Source of the DNA: an uncultured Chloroflexia bacterium | Lineage (GTDB): Bacteria > Chloroflexota > Limnocylindria > Limnocylindrales > CSP1-4 | Reading direction: 5' to 3' | Length of the DNA stretch: 64,000 nucleotides | Assembly (NCBI GenBank): GCA_963796715.1 | Contig: CAWCMN010000009.1 | Location: forward strand, 966,172-1,030,171 | Part shown: piece after piece, positions 50,924-60,403 of the stretch | Layout of the letters: every line of letters starts with the position of its first letter | Numbering within the stretch: position 1 is the stretch's first letter | Notes under the pieces: generated by a model | Database searches by the model: none | Seen by the model: the letters and a program-made list of their open reading frames with translations, nothing else | What the model was told of the DNA's origin: nothing | Position numbers and translations under genes: made by a program

Positions 50924-52041
50924 GCAGCCGCGCCCAGGCCCTCAGCGGCTTCGCCCGGGGGATCGGGCTGGCCACCGGCGCGCTGCTCGTCGTGGCTATC
51001 GCCCTCGCGCTCGTCGGCGCGGCCAAGGTCCTGCTGCTGGTGTTCTCCGCTCTCCTCCTCGCGTCCGCGCTGCAGCCCCTCGTGGACTGGCTGCGGGGGC
51101 GCCTGCCGGTGCGTCGCGGCGTGGCGATCCTGATGGTCTACATCGTGTTCTTCGCCACGGTCGCCGGGCTCGGCTTCCTGGCCGTGCCCCTCGTGGTGAG
51201 CCAGGCCTCCCAGCTGGTGGCCCAGCTGCCCGAGGTCACCACACGCATCCAGACGTGGAGCCAGGGCCTGCAGCCGCCAGAGCTGGCGAGCAGCGTGGGG
51301 GCGCTCCTCCAGGCTGCGCAGGACGCCGTCACCGCCGCACCGCCGCAGCCGGGGCAGCTGGTCAGCGCGGGCCTCAGCGTCGCCGATGTGGTCGGCTCCG
51401 TCGTGACGGTGCTGGCCCTTGTCTTCTTCTGGATGACCGAGCGCCAGCGGATGCAGCGTTTCACGCTCAGCTTCCTGCCCCTCGAGCGGCGCGCCGGGAC
51501 GCGCGAGGCATGGAACGTCGTGGAGACCCGCCTTGGCGGATGGGTGCGGGGGCAGCTCACCCTCATGGTCGTCCTCGGCATCACGACGGGGGTGGCGTAC
51601 ACCGTGATGGGCCTGCCGTCGGGGCCCATCCTGGGCCTGATCGCCGGCCTGGCGGAGATCCTGCCGTTGGTGGGGCCCGCGCTTGGCGTCGTGCCGGCCA
51701 TCCTGATCGCGGCCGTGCTGCGGCCGGACCTGCTGATCGTGGTGGTCGCGGCCTACGTGGTCATCCACCTCGTCGAGAGCAACGTCCTGGTGCCGTTCGT
51801 GATGCGGAACTCGGTCGGCGTGTCGCCGTTCCTGCTCCTGGTCAGCCTGCTCGTCGGCGCCGCCCTCGATGGCCTCCTCGGGGCGCTGATCGCGGTGCCG
51901 ATCGTGGCCGCGGCGGAGGCCATCCTGGAGCGGCTGCAGGATCGCGCCGTGCCCGTCGCCCAGGACGCGGCGAGCGCCGCCGCGTCGGCCGAGCCGTCGG
52001 AGCCGTCGGAGCCGGAGGGCCTGGTCTCCGAAGCCGCCTGA
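50920..52041 (+). CDS. AI-2E family transporter
   Basis: TM pattern; WVRGQL, ILPLVGP, ESNVLVP, GALIAVP. Confidence 0.9.
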   Translation: MSSRAQALSGFARGIGLATGALLVVAIALALVGAAKVLLLVFSALLLASALQPLVDWLRGRLPVRRGVAILMVYIVFFATVAGLGFLAVPLVVSQASQLVAQLPEVTTRIQTWSQGLQPPELASSVGALLQAAQDAVTAAPPQPGQLVSAGLSVADVVGSVVTVLALVFFWMTERQRMQRFTLSFLPLERRAGTREAWNVVETRLGGWVRGQLTLMVVLGITTGVAYTVMGLPSGPILGLIAGLAEILPLVGPALGVVPAILIAAVLRPDLLIVVVAAYVVIHLVESNVLVPFVMRNSVGVSPFLLLVSLLVGAALDGLLGALIAVPIVAAAEAILERLQDRAVPVAQDAASAAASAEPSEPSEPEGLVSEAA

Positions 52042-52056
52042 CGGGGCGCGCCGACC

Positions 52057-52830
52057 TTAGGCGGGATCCTGCCGGGCCGGCAGGGGCATGGAAGCGCCGG
52101 GTGCCAGGACATGCACCGCGACGTGCGGCGCCACCCGCGCGACCGCCTCGGCGAAGTCGGGCCCGGGCAGGTGGAACCGGGTGCCCATCACGCCGTGCAG
52201 CCCGATCGGCGAGAGCGTGCCCCAGTGGATGGGGACGGCCACCGCCGGCCGGATGATCGCGGCCGCCTGGGCGGCCGATTCGGGGTCCAGGTGGCCACGC
52301 CCCAGCCGCGGGCCCCAGCCGCCGACCGGCAGGAGGGCCACGTCCACGCGCCCGGCCAGCCCTGCCCATGCCGGCAGCACGTCCGTGTCGCCCGCGAAAT
52401 AGACCGTCGATGAACCCACCACGAGGCAGCCCAGGGCCGCGTCCGCCTCGACACGCGGTGAGCGGCGGCGGCCGTGCGCCGCCCGCATGACCTCGATCTC
52501 CAGGGTTCCGACGCGCACCCGATGTCCCTCATCGACCTCGAGCACCGCGCCAAGACCGGCCCGCCCGGCGATGTGGCCCAGGCCGCCCGGCACGATGACC
52601 GTGGGGGCGCCGGGTAATGCCCGCAGCGACTTGAGGTCGAGGTGGTCGAAATGGCCGTGGCTGATGAAGACTGCGTCCACGTCGTCGAGGTGGTGGGCGG
52701 CGACGGCCGGGGCCCGCCGCCGGATCGACCACAGGACATGGCCAAGGACGGGATCGGTCAGCAGGCGCGTGCCGTCCATCTCGATCAGCACGGTCGAGTG
52801 GCCCAGGAAGGTCAGCCGATCGTCGGGCAT
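52057..52830 (-). CDS. MBL-fold metallo-hydrolase (UlaG/NAPE-PLD-like)
   Basis: LGHST, LTDP, SHGHFDHLD, YFAGDT, PIHWGT. Confidence 0.9.
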   Translation of the reverse strand: MPDDRLTFLGHSTVLIEMDGTRLLTDPVLGHVLWSIRRRAPAVAAHHLDDVDAVFISHGHFDHLDLKSLRALPGAPTVIVPGGLGHIAGRAGLGAVLEVDEGHRVRVGTLEIEVMRAAHGRRRSPRVEADAALGCLVVGSSTVYFAGDTDVLPAWAGLAGRVDVALLPVGGWGPRLGRGHLDPESAAQAAAIIRPAVAVPIHWGTLSPIGLHGVMGTRFHLPGPDFAEAVARVAPHVAVHVLAPGASMPLPARQDPA

Positions 52831-52950
52831 GGGTCGAGGATACGGCGCCCCTCTGAAGCGGGATTGCAAGGCCCATGGGCCGATCGGACAGGCGTCCCGG
52901 CACCTTCGCCCCCCGACCATCGGGACCTCACCGCTCTGGAGGTGTCACTC

Positions 52951-53343
52951 ATGGTCGAACAGCGCCGCGTGACCGCCGTCTCGGACGATCCGGGCATGGC
53001 GCCACGCTCCACCGTGGTCCAGGAGACGACCCGCAGCCGACCCAGTGGGGCCGAGCTCCTGCGTCGGATCATCGTCTTCATCTTCGCCGTGATCCAGGGC
53101 CTGCTGGTCCTGCGGATCGTGCTGTTGCTCGTGGACGCGAGTCGCGGCAACGACCTCGTGCGGTTCATCTATGACGCGAGTGGCGTCTTCGTGGCGCCGT
53201 TCGAGGGAGTCCTGCACACGAATGCCGTGAACGCGGGCGCGTCCGTCCTCGACGTCGCGGCGCTCGTCGCGATCGTGGGCTGGACGATCCTGGAGGTGCT
53301 GCTCGTCGCCGCGGTCGGGATCGGCCGCCGCGAGACCGCCTAG
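52951..53343 (+). CDS. YggT-like membrane protein
   Basis: GGAGG RBS; LRIVL..FIYDAS..FVAPFEG..DVAALVA. Confidence 0.75.
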   Translation: MVEQRRVTAVSDDPGMAPRSTVVQETTRSRPSGAELLRRIIVFIFAVIQGLLVLRIVLLLVDASRGNDLVRFIYDASGVFVAPFEGVLHTNAVNAGASVLDVAALVAIVGWTILEVLLVAAVGIGRRETA

Positions 53344-53399
53344 CCACCTCGCGCGGTGGGCTCCGACGAGGCCGCCGCGTCACCGCACCCGGTCGCCGC

Positions 53400-53772
53400 T
53401 GAACCACGGTGGCCGGGTGCACGCCGCGATCCTCGTGGTCGTGATCCTCGGGACGGCAGACCGCTATCGAGTCGTGGGCGCCGACGCCGCGCTCGCGGTG
53501 GGCGCGACGATCGCCCTGTGCGCCTCATCGGGCTACCGATCGAGGGTGCCTCCATGAACCCGGCGCGCTCGCTGGGGCCGGCCCTGGCGATGGGGCAGGT
53601 CGGGGACGTCTGGATCTATCTCGTCGGGCCGGCCCTGGGGGCGCTCATCGCCGTGCTCGTGACCGGCTACCTCCATGGCGCCGCGTCCGACCAGGGCGAG
53701 GTTGAGGCGGCGGAAGAGTCGGCGAGTCAAGGGGAACAGCCCCGGGCCCGAACCCGGCGGCGAGGAGGCTAG
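53400..53772 (+). pseudogene. Aquaporin/MIP C-terminal fragment
   Basis: [21 protein letters not shown]; the first NPA half is absent. Confidence 0.7.
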
Positions 53773-53996
53773 GCCCCGTGGAGCGCCCAGCCGTCGCGGT
53801 AGACGTACCAGACGGTCTCGTACTCGTCGCTGATGTCGCGACGGCGGACGATCGCGGCCGGGTAGTGGCGGCGGAGCGTGGCCTCGAAGGTCCGGGAGCT
53901 GCCACGCGCGACGTCCATGGCCTCGGCCGCCGTGCGAGCGAACGTGACGTCGGCGGAGGGGATGGTGACGATCCGCAGGGGTGGGGCGACCTTCAT
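53769..53996 (-). CDS. Small hypothetical protein (YP.A.VR.R..WYVYRDG)
   Basis: Compact 75 aa ORF with host codon usage. Confidence 0.55.
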   Translation of the reverse strand: MKVAPPLRIVTIPSADVTFARTAAEAMDVARGSSRTFEATLRRHYPAAIVRRRDISDEYETVWYVYRDGWALHGA

Positions 53997-54262
53997 CGTG
54001 GCTGGAGTGTGGGCGTCGGGCCTCGCCCGCAGCGTTCCGTGGCGGCCCCGAAGGCTTGCAGGAGCCTCGCGTTTGAGCCGCAATCTCGCTGCAATATCCG
54101 CGGCCGTCGCAGCCGTCCCAGCTGCAACGAATCGCAGTCCACTATCTGGACACCCTCCATCCTCCCGGCGTCGGTGACCCGGACCGAGCCGACGCCAGCT
54201 CCGGTCGAAGCGCCCGGCCCTGGGCACCCAGGGTCGGGCGTTTCGCATGGGGTCCCAGCACC

Positions 54263-55249
54263 ATGACGGACTTGGAGCGTGGCATCACCCGCGAGCGCGG
54301 CATCACACGCCGACGGGCGGGGCGCGGTTTCACGTACCGCGATCCAGGTGGCGCGACCATCACGGACCAGCGGGCCCTGGACCGCATCCGCCACCTCGCC
54401 GTTCCGCCGGCGTGGCGCGACGTGTTGATCTCCCCCGACCCGGACGCGCCGCTCCAGGCGGTCGGCATCGACAGCCGTGGGCGCAAGCAGTACCGCTACC
54501 ACGAGCGCTTCCGCGCTGCACGCGAGGCGCTGAAGTTCGGGCGCCTTGCGCGGTTCGGGCAGGCCCTGCCGCGCCTGCGCCGGCGGGTCGCCCGGGACCT
54601 GCGCGCCAAGCGCGCCAAGGGCAGGAGCGGCCTGCCGCGCGATCTCGTGCTGGCGGCGATGGTGCGGATCCTGGACGTGACGGCGCTGCGGATCGGTGGC
54701 GAGAGCTACGCCCGGGCGAACCGTTCCTACGGGCTCACCACGTTGCGACGCCGGCACGTCGAGGTCCACGGCACGACGGTCGAGCTCACCTTTCGCGGCA
54801 AGGGCAAGACGCACGTCCACGTGCTCGTCGATGACCCCGCGGTGGCTGCCGTCGTGCGGCGCTGCCGCAGGGCAGGGGAGCGGCATGTCTTCGTCTGGCG
54901 CCGACCCGATGGCTCCATGCAGCCCGTGCGCGACGCGCACGTGAACCGTTACATCCGCAGGGTCGCCGGTGCACACCACTCGGCGAAGGACTTCCGCACG
55001 TGGGCCGCGACCGTCGCGGCCGCGCGCGCCCTCCGGGATGGCGGCACGCTCAAGGACTCGATCGCCGTGGCGGCTCAGGAGATCGGCGACACCACGGCCG
55101 TGACCAGACGGTCGTACGTCCATCCGCGCGTCCTCGACGCCTTCACGGCCGGGCAGCCACCGCGGGTGCGCCCCCGAACACGGCCGGGCCAGCGCGACGG
55201 GGAGGCCCTCACCATCGCCGTGTTGCGCCGGCGCCGTCCCGGCGCCTGA
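54263..55249 (+). CDS. Bacterial DNA topoisomerase IB
   Basis: LAVPPAWRDV, GRKQYRYH, LRIG, SYGLTTL, FRGK, AKDFRTW, RRSYVHP (catalytic Tyr). Confidence 0.92.
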   Translation: MTDLERGITRERGITRRRAGRGFTYRDPGGATITDQRALDRIRHLAVPPAWRDVLISPDPDAPLQAVGIDSRGRKQYRYHERFRAAREALKFGRLARFGQALPRLRRRVARDLRAKRAKGRSGLPRDLVLAAMVRILDVTALRIGGESYARANRSYGLTTLRRRHVEVHGTTVELTFRGKGKTHVHVLVDDPAVAAVVRRCRRAGERHVFVWRRPDGSMQPVRDAHVNRYIRRVAGAHHSAKDFRTWAATVAAARALRDGGTLKDSIAVAAQEIGDTTAVTRRSYVHPRVLDAFTAGQPPRVRPRTRPGQRDGEALTIAVLRRRRPGA

Positions 55250-55366
55250 CACGCGACCGCAACACGTCCGGGGCCGCGGCTGACGTGGCCCGCAAGGCGG
55301 CCTCGCGCATCGTCGCGGCCAGCGCGTCGGCACCCAGCGGACGCCCAAGCTGACAGGAGCCCGACG

Positions 55367-55594
55367 ATGGACGAAGTCAAGCGCACCTATCGCGACGCGG
55401 AGACCGAGACCAAGAAGGACCTCCGTGGCATCGACGGCACGGACGTCAAGGACGCGATCGGCAACGCCGGTGACGAGGCCCGCAAGGACCTCGGCAACAT
55501 GGGCGACGACCTCCGCCACGGTTCCCTCGACCGCGACGAGGACAAGGAGACCCAGACGACCGTCAAGCAGACCGAGACCACCTGGCCTCGCTGA
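55367..55594 (+). CDS. Small hydrophilic stress-type protein
   Basis: AGGAG RBS; repeated GNAGD/GNMGD motifs. Confidence 0.6.
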   Translation: MDEVKRTYRDAETETKKDLRGIDGTDVKDAIGNAGDEARKDLGNMGDDLRHGSLDRDEDKETQTTVKQTETTWPR

Positions 55595-55703
55595 TCCTGA
55601 TGCGTGCTGGGGCCGCGACGCGAGTCGCGGCCCCTCTTCGTTCGTCCGGCTCCGGGACGGCTGGCAAGCTGCTGAGCGACCCCCGGGCTCGTCTGGGCCG
55701 TCT

Positions 55704-56251
55704 TGATGCTCCTGGCATCCGATTTCCCCACGCCCTCCGCGGGGTTGCTGTCGAGGTCATCAGGGTCGGCTCGGGCGCGCCCGATACCTCAGGCCCATCG
55801 GCGTGCGCCCCGTCCCATCTGGCGGGCCTATCCGCGTGGGGCCCCATCTGGCGGGCCGATCCGCGTGGGGCCCCATCTGGCTGCGCCGCTGACCTGGGAG
55901 GGTAGTAACGGACCAGGACATGAGCAGTCGGGGCCGGAATGGGCCGGATCGCGCCGGATCCTGTCCTGGCAGGTCAACGGCTGACGAGTCGGGGCCCGCG
56001 GGCGCCTCGTTCGCGTCCGATACGAACCTGGCGGGTCAGAACTCGCTGACCTCGCAGGTCAACGGCACACGAGCAGGTCAACGGCACCCGGATGGCATGG
56101 AAGCCGGCCTTGAGGATGGGCCGACGGAGGGTTCCACGCGGGCCGACTGGGGCTGCACGCGGACGGACGCGTGACTGGCGGTCACTGGGGGCCTGATGAC
56201 CTCGACCGCATCAGCGCGGAGGGCTGATGGAAACTCGGCGCGCGAGCATCA
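55704..56251. repeat. Repeat copy C: full nested element, ~60-bp imperfect terminal IRs
   Basis: Left arm TGATGCTC..CCGATTTCC..GCCCTCCGCG..GTCGAGGTCATCAGG matches the reverse complement of 56192-56251. Inner IR 55889-55913 / 56015-56039; ~29-bp tandem duplication near 55813-55880. Confidence 0.85.
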
Positions 56252-56342
56252 GACCTTCGGTGGGCCTCATCTTGGGCGTTGCACCTCCGGCCCGCCTTTC
56301 GCGGGACCACTGCCAAGCTCCGCTCGTGGCACCATCTGCCGG

Positions 56343-56696
56343 ATGACCGACCGGGCCCGACGCCGAGAGCTTTCTGCTGCTTACGCTGAGACGCCGCGTC
56401 GGGCAGGCGTCTTCCTCATCCGGAACACGACCTCTGGGCGGACGTGGGTGGCGCCGAGCCTGGACCTGGACAGCGAGCAGCACAAGTTCGACTTCGCGAT
56501 GACGACCGGTTCGACCGGTGTCTTCCACCGGACCCTTGTGCCGGACGTCGAGCGGCTGGGCTGGGGCGCGTTCGAACTCGAGGTCGTGGAGGAGCTGCCG
56601 CCAAGCCGCGAGCGGAGCGCCGCGGAGACCCGCGACGACCTCGCGACGCTCGTGGCGCTGTGGCGCGAGAAGGTCGGCCCCGACCTCCTGTACTGA
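56343..56696 (+). CDS. GIY-YIG family protein (LuxR-associated type)
   Basis: RRELSAAY..AGVFLIRN..GRTWV..D...G..AFELEVVEEL. Confidence 0.75.
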   Translation: MTDRARRRELSAAYAETPRRAGVFLIRNTTSGRTWVAPSLDLDSEQHKFDFAMTTGSTGVFHRTLVPDVERLGWGAFELEVVEELPPSRERSAAETRDDLATLVALWREKVGPDLLY

Positions 56697-56724
56697 AGCC
56701 TGGTACCAGCTGGCGCAGAGCGCC

Positions 56725-57907
56725 TCAGCCTGGTCTGGCGCCGACGCTCACGGTCACCTTATTGGCCGAGCCGCGTACGTCGATGTCATAGCGATCGGGT
56801 GTCGTGGCGGTCGCACCTGCGGAGGCCAGCGCGAGCTTGCCCCCGGAGCCGGCGATGATCTGACCGTCCACCTGGACCCTGGTAGTGGCGCCCGACACAC
56901 GCAGTCGCACGGGCATGCCTGCCGGGCGGCGGATGGCGACCTCGTTCAGCGATCCAGTCAGGCGGATGGGGATGACCCCCTCTGCCTGGGCCAGCTCGAG
57001 GTCGATGCGGCTTGCGCCCCCGGCCAGCTCGAAGCTCCGCAGCTCGATCCGGCGCAGGTCCGCCTGCACGCGAGACCCGCCGCCGCGCAGCTCGATCGCC
57101 CAGGGGACCGCCGGGTTGAGCACGAACTCGCCGCGATCGCTGCGCCAGTGGACCGACGTGTCGATCATCTGGTCCCCGATGCGGGCCCGCCAGTCGAACC
57201 ACGCGAACCGCGCATAACGCACCGTCACGGCGCCGTCGCGGACGCGGACGCGTGGGATCGGGCCCTTGAAGCTCGCCCGGTACAGGTCCTGGACGCCTGG
57301 ATCGCCGCTGATCGTCATCGACGGCACCGCCGACAGGAAGATGAGGCGGCCGACGGTGACGCCGCCCAACGGGGCGGCGAAGGCCGATCCCTCGACCGCC
57401 TGGCCGACCGTGTGCTCGCGCAGTTGCACCCTCTCCGCCTCGACCACCTGGACCACGCTGGCCCAGGTACGCGGCGACGTCGCGTAGCTGCTCATCCGAG
57501 TACCCGCCGCCGGCGGCCTCCATGGCGCCGGCCAGGGAGGCGAAATGCTCGGCCACAGTGGCCACCCGCTCCATGACCGGGGTGACGCGGACGAGACGTC
57601 GGTCGGTGGGATCGGCCGTCCGGTGGACGTAGCCCGCCTGCTCCAGGCGATCGACCATCCGTGTGGTCGCCCCGGCCGACAACCCCGTCAGCTCGGCGAG
57701 GCGGCCCGACGGGGCTGCCCCGGCCTCTGCCAGGAACACCAGGCACTGCACGTCCGCCGGCGCGAGACCGGATCGTTCGGCGACGCCCTGCGTGAACGCC
57801 GCGGCCGCATCTCCCAGGCGGCGGGTCTCACGTGCCAGGTCGTCCACGAGGCCCGCCCGCTCGGGCGGCGGCGCCCCTGCTGCGGGTCGATCGGTACTTC
57901 TTGACAC
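56725..57907 (-). CDS. MarR regulator fused to a beta-rich C-terminal domain, frameshifted
   Basis: GRLAELTGLSAGATTRMVDRLEQAGYV.R..DPTDRR; the C-terminal part is in ORF 56725..57495. Confidence 0.75.
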
Positions 57908-57927
57908 GCTCTTTCTCCTAGCGTATG

Positions 57928-57958
57928 GTTGCGCTGCGCAAAGACATTATAGCGCAAC
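57928..57958. promoter_or_regulatory. Candidate MarR operator between divergent genes
   Basis: TTGCGC-T-GCGCAA palindrome and GTTGCGCT...AGCGCAAC inverted repeat. Confidence 0.5.
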
Positions 57959-58040
57959 GAGACAGGAGAACAAGCACCATGCGGACACGATCGTACGCCA
58001 GCGCGGTGGGCGGATCCGCTCCAAGGGGGAGGGGACGGCC

Positions 58041-59024
58041 ATGACAGCCGACCGGTCCTCGCGCAACTGGGCCATCGAGGCGGTCGATCTCGTCAAGACG
58101 TACAAGGGCGACGTGCGCGCCCTCGACGGCGTCAGCCTGGCCGTGGAGTCGGGCACCATCTTCGGGCTCCTGGGCCCCAACGGGGCCGGCAAGTCCACCA
58201 CGGTCAAGATCCTGACCACGCTCTCGCGGGCCGATTCCGGCACCGCGCACGTGCTGGGGGTTGACGTGGCCCGCCAGCCCGACCGCGTGCGCCGCCTCAT
58301 CGGCGTGGTCGGCCAGCACGGGGCCGTGGATCCGGCGGCGACCGGCCGCGAGAACATGCTGCTCCAGGGGCACCTCTACGGCATGGGCGGGGCCGAGCTG
58401 CGGCGGCGGGCGGACGAGCTCCTCGCCCGTTTCGGCCTCGCCGAGGCCGCCGACCGCATCGTGACGACCTGGTCCGGGGGCATGCAGCGGAAGCTCGACG
58501 TGGCCTGCGGTCTCATCCACCAGCCACGGGTGCTGTTCCTGGACGAGCCCACCACCGGCCTCGATCCCGAGGCGCGGGCCGACTTGTGGACGGAGGTCCA
58601 ACGCCTCGCCGACGAGGGCCTGACGATCCTCCTCACGACCCACTACCTCGAGGAAGCCGACCGACTCGCCGGCCAGGTCGCCATCATCGACCGGGGCCGG
58701 ATCGTCGCCCGCGGGACACCGGAGGACCTCAAAGCCGAGCTCCACGGCGACGCCATCGTCGTCGAGCTGCAGGAGGCCGATCGGGGCGACGCGGTCCGGG
58801 TGCTCCAGGGCATCGCCGGCCTCCGTGGGCCCGTGGTCGACGGGCGCACCCTGCGGGCGCGCGCCGATGACGGCGCACGAGCCATCCCGGTCGTCCTGGG
58901 GGCCCTGGAGTCCGGCGGTGTCCCGGTGGCCTCGGTCACCGTCGCCCGGCCGTCACTCGATGACGTCTATCTCCGCCACACCGGTCGGGCGTATCGCCCG
59001 GACTCCTCGGAGGCAACCCGATGA
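58041..59024 (+). CDS. DrrA-type ABC exporter ATP-binding protein
   Basis: GPNGAGKST, SGGM, LFLDEPTTGLD, TTHY. Confidence 0.92.
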   Translation: MTADRSSRNWAIEAVDLVKTYKGDVRALDGVSLAVESGTIFGLLGPNGAGKSTTVKILTTLSRADSGTAHVLGVDVARQPDRVRRLIGVVGQHGAVDPAATGRENMLLQGHLYGMGGAELRRRADELLARFGLAEAADRIVTTWSGGMQRKLDVACGLIHQPRVLFLDEPTTGLDPEARADLWTEVQRLADEGLTILLTTHYLEEADRLAGQVAIIDRGRIVARGTPEDLKAELHGDAIVVELQEADRGDAVRVLQGIAGLRGPVVDGRTLRARADDGARAIPVVLGALESGGVPVASVTVARPSLDDVYLRHTGRAYRPDSSEATR

Positions 59025-59797
59025 CCGTCGTAGCTCAGACCGCCCACGTCACCGGCCGCCACCTGCGGGCCTTCTTCCGCCAGCCCTGGTTCGTGGCCAT
59101 GGGCCTCGTCCAGCCGGTGATCTGGCTGCTCCTGTTCGGTGCCCTCTTCAAGAGCGTCATCGATATCCCGGGCTTCACCGCGTCGGCCAGCTACCTGGAC
59201 TACCTCGTGCCCGGCGTCCTGATCATGACCGCCCTCTTCTCCTGCGGGTGGAGCGGCATGTCGATCATCGAGGACCTGGATCGCTCGATCATGGACCGCC
59301 TGCTCGCGACCCCCATCCACCGCAGCGCGATCATCATCGGGTTGAACGCCTACGAGCTGGTCTCGCTGGGCATCCAGGCGCTCATCATGGGCGGCCTGGC
59401 ACTCCTCCTGGGGGCGCGGTTCGAAGGCGGGATCCTGGGCTTCGCCGTCCTGGTGCTGTGCGCCATGCTCATCGGCGCGATCGCGGCCTCGTTCTCCGAC
59501 GCCATGGCCCTGCTGCTGCGCCAGCGCGAATCGGTCATCGGCATCAACACCCTCATGACCCTGCCGCTGACCTTCCTCTCAGCGGCGTTCATGCCGCTCA
59601 AACTGGTGCCCGACTGGGTCGCCACGGTGGCCATGTTCAACCCCGTGAACTGGGCCGTGGAAGCGGGTCGCGAAGCCCTCACGGCGAACCCCGACTGGTC
59701 GCTCATCCTGCCGCGGCTCCTGCTGCTGGCCTGCCTGACGATCCTCTCCACGGCCTTCGCGACCCGCACGTTCCGCTCCTACCAGCGTTCGATCTAG
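59021..59797 (+). CDS. ABC-2 type permease
   Basis: QPVIWLLLFG, YLVPG, FLS.AFMP..P.W..NP. Confidence 0.92.
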   Translation: MTVVAQTAHVTGRHLRAFFRQPWFVAMGLVQPVIWLLLFGALFKSVIDIPGFTASASYLDYLVPGVLIMTALFSCGWSGMSIIEDLDRSIMDRLLATPIHRSAIIIGLNAYELVSLGIQALIMGGLALLLGARFEGGILGFAVLVLCAMLIGAIAASFSDAMALLLRQRESVIGINTLMTLPLTFLSAAFMPLKLVPDWVATVAMFNPVNWAVEAGREALTANPDWSLILPRLLLLACLTILSTAFATRTFRSYQRSI

Positions 59798-59835
59798 GCT
59801 GGGTCTCTGGGGGGTTCGGCTCGCGGCTGACCCGA

Positions 59836-60267
59836 TCAGGCCTCCAGAACGCGCTTGACGTTGTCGAGGTTCTTCACTTCGGCATTCATGGTCGACTGCA
59901 CCATGCCGCCCAAGAAGAGCTTGGACAGGCCGCTCAGCTCGGCATCCAGCGAGAACGCGAGGCGCGTGCCCCCGTCCACCACCGCGAAGTCGTAGCGGCC
60001 GTGTGGGCGCGCCGGCCCCGTCAGTGTCTGGAACTCGAGGCGCTGGTTCGGCTCGAACACGGTGACCTCGTAGTCGGCCGCGATGCGCCGGCCCATGGGG
60101 CCCTTGACGCCCTGGGCATACCTGGTGCTCACGCCGCCGTCGCCCGCCACGCGCTTGATGTCGAGCACGCCGGGCCGCCACTGTGGGCACTTCTCGCCAT
60201 CGGCGACGTAGGCAAAGACCGCCTCGACCGGGCGGTTGATCGAGACCGCGTACGTGGCCTGGGGCAT
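59836..60267 (-). CDS. SRPBCC family protein
   Basis: INRPVEAVFAYVAD..PQW; C-terminal helix. Confidence 0.85.
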   Translation of the reverse strand: MPQATYAVSINRPVEAVFAYVADGEKCPQWRPGVLDIKRVAGDGGVSTRYAQGVKGPMGRRIAADYEVTVFEPNQRLEFQTLTGPARPHGRYDFAVVDGGTRLAFSLDAELSGLSKLFLGGMVQSTMNAEVKNLDNVKRVLEA

Positions 60268-60343
60268 TCGACCCTCCTGCTACTCGATGGGCGGCGTCGC
60301 TCGACGGGCACCCCGCAAAGGCTAGCCTAGGCGCACCTGCGGA

Positions 60344-60368
60344 GAACGGTTCGGATCCGCCGTTCGTC
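60344..60368 (+). promoter_or_regulatory. Possible ECF autoregulatory promoter
   Basis: GAAC-N17-CGTC upstream of the ECF sigma gene. Confidence 0.4.
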
Positions 60369-60403
60369 TGGATAGGCGACAACCCATCCGCGCGGGTCTT
60401 GCG

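Noticed and set aside
26137-56039. Integron attC sites
   Set aside because: The arms lack conserved RYYYAAC/GTTRRRY ends, are not regularly placed after each ORF, and no integron integrase is present.
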